Of a stretch of 64,000 bases of DNA, positions 38,331 to 47,264 are shown piece after piece. Under the pieces are notes generated by a model. The model was not told the DNA's origin and did no database searches. It worked only from the letters and a program-made list of their open reading frames with translations. Made by a program: the position numbers and the translations under genes. Source of the stretch: Phycisphaerae bacterium (GTDB lineage: Bacteria; Planctomycetota; Phycisphaerae; UBA1845). The DNA lies in assembly GCA_963666835.2 (NCBI GenBank), contig CAXXGO010000001.1, positions 704,001 through 768,000 on the forward strand, written 5' to 3'. Every line of letters begins with the position of its first letter. The stretch's first letter is position 1.

Positions 38331-38747
38331 TCACAGATGTTTCCAAAGGAAGATGCCCATCACAAGCCAAACAAGGCCGAAGACCAGGAGCAGGTGGCGG
38401 ACCGACTCTCCCATTACCCAGCGGTACCCGATGCTAATGACGGTTATCGCGGCAATCCCCATGCAGGGACGGGAGAAGATCGCCTCCGGCCCGGCCGAAG
38501 AGCACGCGATAAACACGAGGCCTGTGGCCATCAAGGCCAGTCCAGTTGCACCCGTGAATAGCTGCATCAAGACCGCCCGTCTATCGGCGGCGTCCTTGCG
38601 GGCGGCGTCTTCCCGCCGGGGAGGAGCTTCGTCGCACGGGAACACGGCCCCGCAGTCATTACAGACCCCGACCCGCCGCTCCGCTTCGGACAACATCGCC
38701 CTGCAGGACGGACATCGATTCGAGGCCGTCGGCCATACTCCCGTCAT
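38331..38747 (-). CDS. Small Zn-ribbon + 3-TM membrane protein
   Basis: CPSC...CNDC followed by hydrophobic helices; purine-rich RBS. Confidence 0.55.
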   Translation of the reverse strand: MTGVWPTASNRCPSCRAMLSEAERRVGVCNDCGAVFPCDEAPPRREDAARKDAADRRAVLMQLFTGATGLALMATGLVFIACSSAGPEAIFSRPCMGIAAITVISIGYRWVMGESVRHLLLVFGLVWLVMGIFLWKHL

Positions 38748-38915
38748 TACCGTCCCTTCCTTGCCGGCGTCCGCCACGGCCAAAGCCATGGGCCACCCTG
38801 GTGTATTCTGCCTTTTCGAGTTGTCATAGACCGCCCCGGCAGGATACCCGGATCGGCAATCCCATGCCAGCCGTCACCTGCGGCCGGGTGGGTGGTCCGC
38901 GTCCTTTTGGATTTT

Positions 38916-39538
38916 GCCGGGTGGCCCACGTCCTTTTGGGTTTTCGGTGTGCGCCAATACACCGAGGGGCATACGATGGGCTTCTGTCTGGACGTGGGGG
39001 AGCCGATGATCAACGAGCACTAATCGCAGCGAGTCTCGCGTCTTGACTTTGGGTACTAGGTTTGTGTCTGCCACGTGTGTGTCATTGCGGGGTTTAGCCC
39101 TCTTTCAGTATATTCCGAGAGAGGCCGGGCAGTCGAAAGAAACGCGTGGTTCATCGCCGCCGTCTCTTTCACCCTTTCAGGGTGATTGGGGTTGTTGGGG
39201 CCTCGTCCGGGGGCGGCGGCCGCTGCGCGGCCTTGCCCCCGGCTACTATCTTGCAGCCTTTCAGGCTGGAGGACTAGCCGCGTCTTTCGGGCTGGGGGAT
39301 TAGCCGCGTCTTTCGGGCTGGGGGATTAGCCGCGTCTTTCGGGCTGGGGGATTAGCCGCGTCTTTCGGGCTGGAGGATTAGCCGGCTTGCAGCGTTTGAG
39401 ATGAAGGAAGGAGTCGCTACCGTCTCAGACGAATACGCTCGGCGTGCCTGCCGGGTGGCCTTGTGGCTTTTAGGTGTGCTCCAATCAACCGAGAGTCGTA
39501 CGATGAGCTGCTTTCTGGACGTGGGGGAGCCGATGATA
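38916..39538. repeat. Two ~90-bp direct repeats (38916-39010 and 39450-39538) of a GGGTGG-headed hairpin element ending GGACGTGGGGGAGCCGATGAT
   Basis: Direct comparison of the copies. Copy 1 has a CCCACGTCC/GGACGTGGG stem, and a related tail occurs near 50474. Confidence 0.75.
39169..39384. repeat. Hairpin cluster (TCACCC-TTTCA-GGGTGA; CAGCC-TTTCA-GGCTG) followed by ~4.8 tandem 26-bp units
   Basis: The unit GATTAGCCGCGTCTTTCGGGCTGGGG is read directly from the sequence. Confidence 0.85.
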
Positions 39539-39551
39539 TACCGTTCCGTTC

Positions 39552-39806
39552 ATGCCGACGCATCTTCGCAGGTATGACGAACCGGGCGATACCGACTTCT
39601 AAACAATCTCCTGCCGGCGCCGTCTGACCTTCTTTCACGACGGCGGCATGAAACGTGTCGTGGCGAGAGGACCAGAAATGCTGCAGCGGCAATCCGGCGT
39701 CTGCCTGATAGCATAGGTGATTATGCCTGACCATGTGCATGTCATCGCCCATCATCTGGTGAAACGGGAGCAGGCGAGCGAGACCTGGAAGCACCCGGGC
39801 GGGTAG
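39552..39806 (+). pseudogene. Truncated REP-associated tyrosine transposase (RAYT / IS200-like HUH) pseudogene
   Basis: Translates as MPTHLRRYDEPGDTDF*TISCRRRLTFF...GVCLIA*VIMPDHVHVI. In-frame stops at 39600 and 39714, HUH motif at 39732-39740, and no C-terminal half. Confidence 0.82.
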
Positions 39807-40029
39807 GTGGGGGGGGCGTTCACGGTCGGGCGATGCGATTGGTCATTGTACGTGTTACCGAGCTGGCAGACGGTCGGCGTGGCCGCCGTTCGATTGAGGC
39901 CCGCACGTGGCCACCGGACCGGGTGACTCGGCTCGTTTCCCGGCTTGAATTCGTGTGAAGCTGGCGTTTTTCAATCTAAGGGCTGAGCCGGGGCACGCCG
40001 GGATTGCTGCTTGGTCCGGAAAACTTGGC

Positions 40030-40057
40030 TTGACAGGACCTCATGGACCGATATAGT
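40030..40057 (+). promoter_or_regulatory. Near-consensus sigma70 promoter
   Basis: TTGACA, 16 bp, TATAGT. Confidence 0.65.
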
Positions 40058-40140
40058 TGGAATGTTGGCGCGGACCCTGTAAGCAATTCAGTGGTGCCGT
40101 GAGTGTGAAGTTGGTTGTAAGGCTTAACGGGAGAAGAGTT

Positions 40141-40227
40141 ATGAATTGGCTTTGGCAGTTTCTGGTTTCGGCGGCGGCGGCATTGGTGGGCGTGTTCGGT
40201 TACTTCTACATGTACCCGCTCAGCTAA
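40141..40227 (+). CDS. 28-aa hydrophobic peptide MNWLWQFLVSAAAALVGVFGYFYMYPLS
   Basis: GGGAGAAGAG upstream of the ATG. It lies between a promoter and a terminator and forms a single TM-like helix; below the ORF-track cutoff. Confidence 0.55.
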   Translation: MNWLWQFLVSAAAALVGVFGYFYMYPLS

Positions 40228-40277
40228 GTCTTGCCGTTTTCCGTGGCTATCAAGCCATCATCACCATAATGGGTGAA

Positions 40278-40320
40278 GCAGCTCGCCGCTATTATAACAG
40301 AGCGGCGAGTTGTGTTTTTT
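40278..40320 (+). terminator. Intrinsic terminator
   Basis: GCAGCTCGCCGCT-loop-AGCGGCGAGTTGT followed by GTTTTTT. Confidence 0.7.
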
Positions 40321-40472
40321 ACTCCCGCCATTCTCCGTCAATCGTGGACAATCGCGCGTTCATCGACAGAGCAACACTTCGGGATTCGACATCGAAAGAC
40401 CTGCGTTGACTTCGGGTCTCTTTGGCAGATCGCCTCGGCTGCTTGCGATGATATCTCGACCTTCAACCGTCC

Positions 40473-40500
40473 TTGGCGTCAGGAGGGCGGCGGCTATAAT
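40473..40500 (+). promoter_or_regulatory. sigma70-like promoter
   Basis: TTGGCG, 16 bp, TATAAT. Confidence 0.45.
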
Positions 40501-40564
40501 TCGAACTCGCGCGGTCCGGGGACCGCGGTTTGTTTTCGAAGCTGTTGCGAGGAGCGTGTAGGAA

Positions 40565-40687
40565 ATGTTGGATCTAAATGGCTTTTTCACGTCGACCGAG
40601 TTTGTGAGCACGCTGGCCACCCTGATCGTGACGTTGCTGACTACCTTCTTCGAATCGCTCCTGGGCGTGTCGATTACGACGTCGTAA
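40565..40687 (+). CDS. 40-aa hydrophobic peptide MLDLNGFFTSTEFVSTLATLIVTLLTTFFESLLGVSITTS
   Basis: GAGGAG/AGGA upstream, a Thr/Ser/Leu-rich TM-like helix and an upstream promoter. Confidence 0.6.
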   Translation: MLDLNGFFTSTEFVSTLATLIVTLLTTFFESLLGVSITTS

Positions 40688-41024
40688 CGCACGAAGCCGC
40701 GGAACGCACCCAGTCCAAACCAGACCGCTGAAGGTCTGCGCGCCGGCCGATACGGACAAGCCGGCGGCACTCGGTTTCCAAGAAAGCTGAATCGCAGATC
40801 CGCCGGATCACGGAAGTTCCCCCGCGGCGGCGCCGTCCCATCACTTAGGTGTCGCAACAAACGGGGCCCTTCGCCTCACACTCCACATCGCGATACCGCC
40901 TCACCCCGCTGGGATTGCCTTTTCTGCATTTCCGCTGGGCAGCTATCTCAAGGCTCCCCGCCGGCGCTCCGATAACCAAGCGGCAAACGCGCCTGCTCCG
41001 CAGACCGCCTACAAAGGGAAAACC

Positions 41025-41771
41025 GTGCCGCATACGCTCAGCATCCTCATACCCGTTTACAACGAGGCCAAGACGGTCGAGCAGCTCATCCGCCGGGTGG
41101 CCGCCGTGCGTTTCCCGATCGATCGCGAGATCATCGCCGTGGATGACGGCTCGAAGGACGGCTCGGCCGACGTGCTGGCCTTACTGGAGCAAGAGGGCGT
41201 CATCCGGCTGATCGAGCACCGGGTCAATCGCGGTAAGGGCGCCGCGATTCGTACGGCTATCGCTCAAGCCAACGGCAGTATTCTGGTTATCCAGGACGCC
41301 GACCTGGAACTCGAGCCAAACGACCTGACAACCCTGCTGGAGCCGATCCTGGCCGGGGAGACCCGGGTCTGTTTCGGCACCCGTTTCGCCGCACCGGTTC
41401 CCGCGGCGATTCGGCGGCTGCCGACGTATTGGGCCAACCGCCTTCTCAATGCGGTCAGCAACGTTCTGAACGGCATCCGCCTTACCGATTTCAACACCTG
41501 CTACAAGATGATGACTGCCGAGGTGATGTCCCGGCTCTCCATCACAGAGAACGGGTTCGCCATCGAGCCGGAGATGACCACGAAGATCGCCCGGTTGGGC
41601 TACGGGATCATCGAACGGCCTATCCACTACGAACCTCGGTCCAGCGCGGAGGGCAAGAAGATCCAAGTGCTCGACTTCTTCAAGTACATAGCCGCGATGC
41701 TTCGGTATCGCTTCTCCCGCGTACCGCAGCTCCGGTCCGCCCCGGAAGCCTCGATCCTCAAACCGGCCTGA
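41025..41771 (+). CDS. GT2 glycosyltransferase (polyprenol-phosphate glycosyltransferase, DPM1-like)
   Basis: Motifs LSILIPVYNE, VDDGSKDGS, NRGKGAA, IQDADLE and TDFNTCYK. Confidence 0.92.
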   Translation: MPHTLSILIPVYNEAKTVEQLIRRVAAVRFPIDREIIAVDDGSKDGSADVLALLEQEGVIRLIEHRVNRGKGAAIRTAIAQANGSILVIQDADLELEPNDLTTLLEPILAGETRVCFGTRFAAPVPAAIRRLPTYWANRLLNAVSNVLNGIRLTDFNTCYKMMTAEVMSRLSITENGFAIEPEMTTKIARLGYGIIERPIHYEPRSSAEGKKIQVLDFFKYIAAMLRYRFSRVPQLRSAPEASILKPA

Positions 41772-41796
41772 TCGGAAACAACGCCGGATCGCGGCT

Positions 41797-43584
41797 TTGG
41801 CTTCAACACGATCGGCGAGCGTCCGATATCTAATCGTGGACCCAGTTTGCCCCAACAACCTGTCGAAGAACGGCGCCGACCCCTTGCCGAAGGAGCGTTC
41901 TGACATTCCAAGCCGGAATCACCTCGGAGCCGGTCCCCTCTATCGACGGCTGACCAGTCCGACGGTTGGGCTGGTCGTTCTGTTGTTGATTCTCACCGGT
42001 TACCGCCTGACCCTAATCGACTCCGGGCACTTCTTCTGGAGCGACGAGCGGTGTTTCCTCCCGGCCGTGCAGCTTGTAGACGACCTGGCGGCCGGGGACT
42101 TCATCGCGGCAACGCAACGGCTGTTCGAAGGCGTGGGGCGTCCGGGGTTCATCGTCGTGAGCATCGTTCCGGCGTTGGGTCAGCGGCTGGCGAACTGGTA
42201 CTGGGAAATCGCCCCGCAATCGTTGCAGGCCTACGACGTCGTATCGGCATTCAATGTTCTGATCGCGCTGGCCGTCACGGCTGGCGTGTATGTGCTTACC
42301 CGTCGATGGACGGGATCTGCGTGGTATGGTGTGCTCGCAGCGGCGGTCTACTCTCTTCTGGCGAGTTCCAACGTCTGGATCCGTCATGCGGTGCCGTACA
42401 ACGAGTCGCTGCTGCTGTTTATGCTCGCGTTGATCGTCCTGTCTCCTGCACGTAACGCGGCGGGGCCGTCGGGGCGTGCAATGGTCGGTGCCGGATTACT
42501 GACAGCCTTCGCCTATACGTGTTATCCGGGGCATTATTCCTTCGTTCTGATCAACGGGGTGGTCGCTCTGGTCGTCGCCGGTCGAAAAGTACGCTTGTCT
42601 TTCGGCTTCGCCGTTTCCGCCCTGGCGGTGTTGGCGGGGTTCGAGGCTCTGTCGCAAAGCGTCGGTCTGTCGTATCTGCACAATCTGCGTGAACTGTCCG
42701 GGACGGTCACGATGGGGTACACCGGCGAGGGTTATGTCTTCCCGTGGCGGTATCTTCGGGATGTGGAGGGGCCGGCGGGGATCGTTCTTCTGTTGCTCTT
42801 CTTGCTCGCGATCGGGTCGATCCTGCTACGACGACAGCCCGGCCTGCCGCTTGCGGCCAAGGCGGCGTTACCGGCGGCAGTTGCCGCCTGCCTGCTTCAC
42901 GGCGCCTTGGGGGTGCATTTCGGGAAGATGGTGTTCTATGGCCGATTGCTTCTGCAGTTTATTCCTTTGCTGGTGGCTGGTGCGGTCATCGGGCTGCTGA
43001 CCCTGCGAAATGCCGGAATAAGGCAAGCCGGCTTGGTGGTCCTGGGCTCGGCCGCGATCGCATCGTTTACCACCTTTGCATGGGACTACTCGCGGATTGC
43101 GTACCCGGCCGACGTACTTCAGAATGCCATGCGTGCGTCAGGTCGGCACGTTGAATATCCCGCCAACATGCTCTGGGGTTTCGTTGACGGTAACGCGGAT
43201 GACACGATCCAGCAGGTGGACCCTGAATGCGTGATGGTGGTCGATACCCTCCCGGAAGGCGTGGACCGCTATGTGATGGTATCGTCTCACGACGAGGCAC
43301 GAACAGGCCATAAGCCGTACATCGGAGTCAACTTCAGTTGGCTGTTCAACGTCCGGGAGCGTGACCACCGCTTTACCGTGCCGGACGACTATCAACTCGT
43401 TGCTACGGGCGTTCATCCGGCCGCTTTCCCGGCAATCAGCTACGAAGCCTATCCCCCGTGGTGCCGCCGCCGCCTGGCGGAAAGGCACTATCGAATGCGA
43501 CTATACCGACACGTCGGCGCCGCTTACACCGCGGCTTCCGACCAGAGCGTGGTTTCGGTTTCGGATGCCGCCCCACGACACTGA
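41797..43584 (+). CDS. Multi-TM GT-C fold glycosyltransferase (ArnT/PMT-like); start uncertain
   Basis: WSDE motif after the first TM, RPGF, many TM helices; adjacent to the GT2 gene. Confidence 0.65.
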   Translation: MASTRSASVRYLIVDPVCPNNLSKNGADPLPKERSDIPSRNHLGAGPLYRRLTSPTVGLVVLLLILTGYRLTLIDSGHFFWSDERCFLPAVQLVDDLAAGDFIAATQRLFEGVGRPGFIVVSIVPALGQRLANWYWEIAPQSLQAYDVVSAFNVLIALAVTAGVYVLTRRWTGSAWYGVLAAAVYSLLASSNVWIRHAVPYNESLLLFMLALIVLSPARNAAGPSGRAMVGAGLLTAFAYTCYPGHYSFVLINGVVALVVAGRKVRLSFGFAVSALAVLAGFEALSQSVGLSYLHNLRELSGTVTMGYTGEGYVFPWRYLRDVEGPAGIVLLLLFLLAIGSILLRRQPGLPLAAKAALPAAVAACLLHGALGVHFGKMVFYGRLLLQFIPLLVAGAVIGLLTLRNAGIRQAGLVVLGSAAIASFTTFAWDYSRIAYPADVLQNAMRASGRHVEYPANMLWGFVDGNADDTIQQVDPECVMVVDTLPEGVDRYVMVSSHDEARTGHKPYIGVNFSWLFNVRERDHRFTVPDDYQLVATGVHPAAFPAISYEAYPPWCRRRLAERHYRMRLYRHVGAAYTAASDQSVVSVSDAAPRH

Positions 43585-43906
43585 TCCCGGACTCGTCATT
43601 GAAAAGGCTCCTTTCAACCGCTGGATGAGTGCATGGAGCAACCGAACCGGCGTCAGGCAAGACAATGCGATCGTATCCGGTTGAATCGGCCGAAGCGCCG
43701 CAATACGATTCCCGCTTAAGGTGTGACGGGTGGGTGCCTTGCCAGGGAGAAAGGGCGTTCTTCTGGTGTTCGGATAACGGGGAGGTGCCCGGCAGGGGTG
43801 GCTTTTGCGGGCTCGGCGCCGCGACTCTTCGGGGCCGGCGGGATTGCCGGCCTTGGCGTTTGCGCCAAACGTGACAGGAATGACCAACATGAACGAGACA
43901 GGAACC

Positions 43907-46282
43907 ATGATTCGACAGAAGCGTATTATCGTCGTTCTGATTAGTGTGTTTGTCGGCGGGTCACTTGCAGGATGTACGCCGGTCGCCGACTCGGGGGATA
44001 ACGGATCGAGCGACGTTGAATTACCGGATGGCGTAACTGCTCCGCAGGCTTTTGATGTCGAGATTCTGGAAGAAACCAGTGATGAATACGTCACGCTGCG
44101 CGAGACTCAAACGGCTATAGAAGCGCGGAATACGCTGGTCGACGCATTGAACGCCGGAACGACCGGCGTGTCGTCGGCCGGCTTGGCCAATGACAATTAC
44201 ACCATCGTGCTGGCCTTCGAGGACGGATCACACGCTGCCTTGAACACGATTGAAGGCTTCGGCAATGGAGACGTCTACGATTCGCAGGCGATGGCCGGGA
44301 AGATCGCGGCGGCGCTGCGAGAGCCCGAACTCGCAGGGCGATCGTCGACGTCATTGACGGACCCCGATGCATTGAAAGGCCCCGAACCGGGAGACCTGAA
44401 GCACACGCCGACGAGCCGGAAGATACTCTTCATGAGCGCAATCTCCGAGGATCTCAATGGGGCCGACATGGACCTCTTCGAGAGTCTGACAACCAAGTTG
44501 GTCATCGAGAACAACTGGAGTACTTCCGACATTACGATCAAGACGAACCAGGCCGAGGATGGTTACGCGACGCTGGGTTTCGACGACTTCTTCGATCTTG
44601 AGGACTACGGCGTGATTGTCATCATCGCTCACGGCCTCTACATGGATACGACCCGCAGAACGGGCAGTTCGACTGATGACGGCTCGGACGATGGCGGAAC
44701 AACGGACGGCGATGGGACTGATAGTAGCGATCCGTTCAACTTCGGGTTCAAGACGGTCGCCACGGCGGGGGATGATGGCCAAACTCCGCACTACTTCATC
44801 CAGGTCGCCGCGGCCGGTCCGATGGTCAGCGCGGTTGCGTCCCCGACGTCCCCGCCGGACGATGACAAGAGTGATCCGTTTGATTTCGGTTTCAAACGGA
44901 TGGTTGCGGCAGCGGAGACCGACGGAATCGACCTCGAGCTGGAGACGGCCGGGGGACGTCTGCTGATTGTCTCACATGCAAGCCCGGACACTGCCACGAT
45001 CCGTCCGTATTACTATATGCGCGACGATCTGTGGAAGGAGAACATCGGCACCTTGCCGAACAGCCTGATCTACCTTGCTTCGCCGAGCGGTTATGCGGAT
45101 CCGGACGAGACCTGGCCCGACGTGGGCGCTGACGATGACGCCGCAGATTCGGCGGACGATGATACGGACCCGTTCAACTTCGGGTTCAAGCGTATCGATC
45201 GCAGTAGCTTCAAGACGGCCGATAGCGGGGCCGGGCTCATCTTTGAGGGAACGGATGCCGGCACCGTGCTGGCCTGGACCGGCGCTGTCGATACCCAGGC
45301 GGCTTTGGATGCGGCGTGGCTGATGGCCTTGATGGCCGGGCGTAATGAATCTGACCGCGAGGTGTGGAACAGCGGCGACATCCGGCGGGCCGCGGCGAAG
45401 GCCGGGGTTCCGCGTCGCTCGGGGGTGTCGCCGCCCGACCCAGGGACTGCGGACGGGTCTGATCCGTACGGTTTCGGCTTCAAGGGGATCTTGCGTGATA
45501 CGAGCACCGCGGCCGACGAGAGTGGCGAGTATTATGCCAAGCTCGCCTTGCACTCCAAGACCGAGGACGCATTCCTCTATCTGCCGACGTGGGCCGAGAT
45601 AACCGCCCTCGATCCGATCCCCGACGGCACCGCCACGCTCGCGGTTGAGGTGGATTACACCAGTGCGGATAACCCGGTGCTGGACCCCAGTTCGTTCAGT
45701 GGTGACGTTGACGAGACCTTTACCTTCGACGGCCTGATTCCTGGGCAGGAGGTTACCGTTGTTGTGCAGGCGTTGGACAGCGCCGGCGCGCTGGTTTCCG
45801 AGTTCGAAGAGACCCTTACCCTGCAGAGCGGAGGTAACGACATCGAGGCCTCGTTCACCAGGGAGCTCTCGGTGACTCTGAGCGGCAGTGACGACGACAG
45901 CGGTGACTGGGGTGATCGGGAGGACCTCGAGAACCCGCATCGTATCCACTGCGAAGGCTACCGAATTCGGGTTTCGAAGAACGGAGAGTTGCTGAGCCCG
46001 AACTCGATCAACCTCACCCAACTCTGGGTCACGCAAACATACCCCCCGATACAGTTGATCTCCCACGATGAGATCTTGACGTACTCGGGTTGGAATCCCG
46101 CTTATCCCGGCGACACCATTTCGGTGGAGTTTACCGTCGACGCGAACGACGGAATCAGCGCGAGCATCGGGCCGATGTATCTTCACTATTGGAACGACGC
46201 CACCCACGAGGTGATCGAGCTGGACACGGTATTCGGCTCGGATGGTGAGGAGTTTACGCAGACGGTAACGCTCGGGAAGTGA
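43907..46282 (+). CDS. Lipoprotein with a caspase/gingipain-like core, four DP(F/Y)xFGFK acidic insertions and beta-sandwich C-terminal domains
   Basis: Lipobox SLAGC, motifs YGVIVIIAHG and LIYLASPSG; the repeated motif starts at 44729, 44873, 45167 and 45461. Confidence 0.75.
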   Translation: MIRQKRIIVVLISVFVGGSLAGCTPVADSGDNGSSDVELPDGVTAPQAFDVEILEETSDEYVTLRETQTAIEARNTLVDALNAGTTGVSSAGLANDNYTIVLAFEDGSHAALNTIEGFGNGDVYDSQAMAGKIAAALREPELAGRSSTSLTDPDALKGPEPGDLKHTPTSRKILFMSAISEDLNGADMDLFESLTTKLVIENNWSTSDITIKTNQAEDGYATLGFDDFFDLEDYGVIVIIAHGLYMDTTRRTGSSTDDGSDDGGTTDGDGTDSSDPFNFGFKTVATAGDDGQTPHYFIQVAAAGPMVSAVASPTSPPDDDKSDPFDFGFKRMVAAAETDGIDLELETAGGRLLIVSHASPDTATIRPYYYMRDDLWKENIGTLPNSLIYLASPSGYADPDETWPDVGADDDAADSADDDTDPFNFGFKRIDRSSFKTADSGAGLIFEGTDAGTVLAWTGAVDTQAALDAAWLMALMAGRNESDREVWNSGDIRRAAAKAGVPRRSGVSPPDPGTADGSDPYGFGFKGILRDTSTAADESGEYYAKLALHSKTEDAFLYLPTWAEITALDPIPDGTATLAVEVDYTSADNPVLDPSSFSGDVDETFTFDGLIPGQEVTVVVQALDSAGALVSEFEETLTLQSGGNDIEASFTRELSVTLSGSDDDSGDWGDREDLENPHRIHCEGYRIRVSKNGELLSPNSINLTQLWVTQTYPPIQLISHDEILTYSGWNPAYPGDTISVEFTVDANDGISASIGPMYLHYWNDATHEVIELDTVFGSDGEEFTQTVTLGK

Positions 46283-46299
46283 CGATAATCAGTCTTCCC

Positions 46300-46869
46300 G
46301 GCAGGTCTCGTTCCTCGACCGTGCCCTACAGTCTTTGCGGCAGGTCTCGTTCCTCGACCGTGCCCTACAGTCTTTGCGGCAGGTCTCGTTCCTCGACCGT
46401 GCCCTACAGGGTCCTTGCGGCAGGTCTCGTTCCTCGACCGTGCCCTACAGTGTTTGCGGCAGGTCTCGTTCCTCGACCGTGCCCTACGAGTGCGGGTGCC
46501 CCATCCATTCCGGCGCGGGTGCCCCATCCATTCCGGCGTTTGCGCGGGTGCCCCATCCATTCTGGCGTTTGCGGCGTTGGAATGGTTGTGGCGACCCGCC
46601 GCCGGAATGGGTGGGGGATGGATGGAGACCCGATAGGCAACCGCATTCCGCAATGAGTCTTCGCGCGATGCCCGTCTTTGCGGCAGGTCTCGTTCCTCGA
46701 CCGTGCCCTACAGGGTCCTTGCGGCAGGTCTCGTTCCTCGACCGTGCCCTACAGTCCTTGCGGCAGGTCTCGTTCCTCGACCGTGCCCTACAGTGTTTGC
46801 GGCAGGTCTCGTTCCTCCACCGTGCCCTACAGTGTTTGCGGCAGGTCTCGTTCCTCGACCGTGCCCTAC
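46300..46869 (-). repeat. Two tandem arrays of five GTAG-REP units each (39-41 bp period), separated by GGGTGCCCCATCCATT x3
   Basis: Units at 46300, 46339, 46378, 46419, 46458 and at 46682, 46723, 46762, 46801, 46840. Confidence 0.92.
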
Positions 46870-47264
46870 GAGGCGGATGTTGCGAAACGCACAAGGTCGA
46901 AGCGCGATTATCGGGCGGCGACGCTTGCGCGAACGGCGCCCTTGCCGGGGTTGCGACATTACCCGCCCGACCAACCGTTGCTGCCGGTGGTTTCGTTAGT
47001 GACAGGCCCAGACGGTGAGATTATGGGACGGCCGCCGGCCGTGGCGGTTTGCTTGCGCGTAAGGGGTGCGGTTGCAGATTGACCCGCCGGGCCGCTTCCG
47101 AGAGGCCTGCTTGCCCTGCCGATAGATACGCTACGGAGTCTCCCGGAGTACAAGGTGCTCCGCCGGTGGCAGTGCCGAACGAGTGCCGGCCGCGTAAGGC
47201 AAGGGCGGTCGTAGCGTTGCGAGGATTCGATCCACCGGCATTAATGTGGCAGCGATGTTGTGCT

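Noticed and set aside
39259..39384. CRISPR or iteron array
   Set aside because: It is a pure tandem repeat without unique spacers, and no rep or cas gene is nearby.
40291..40341. Antisense promoter for a type I antitoxin RNA
   Set aside because: Minus-strand TTGACG and TATAAT are present but about 39 bp apart, so the spacing is incompatible.
46300..46869. CRISPR array
   Set aside because: The linkers are only about 6-11 nt and recur, no cas genes are present, and the unit matches dispersed GTAG REPs.
46186..47082. Repetitive ORFs such as (RQVSFLDRALQ)n
   Set aside because: They are translations of the REP arrays in several frames, with no RBS or coding signature.
46870..47264. Riboswitch upstream of the pilin genes
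   Set aside because: No recognisable c-di-GMP or other riboswitch consensus was seen by eye; a covariance-model search would be needed.
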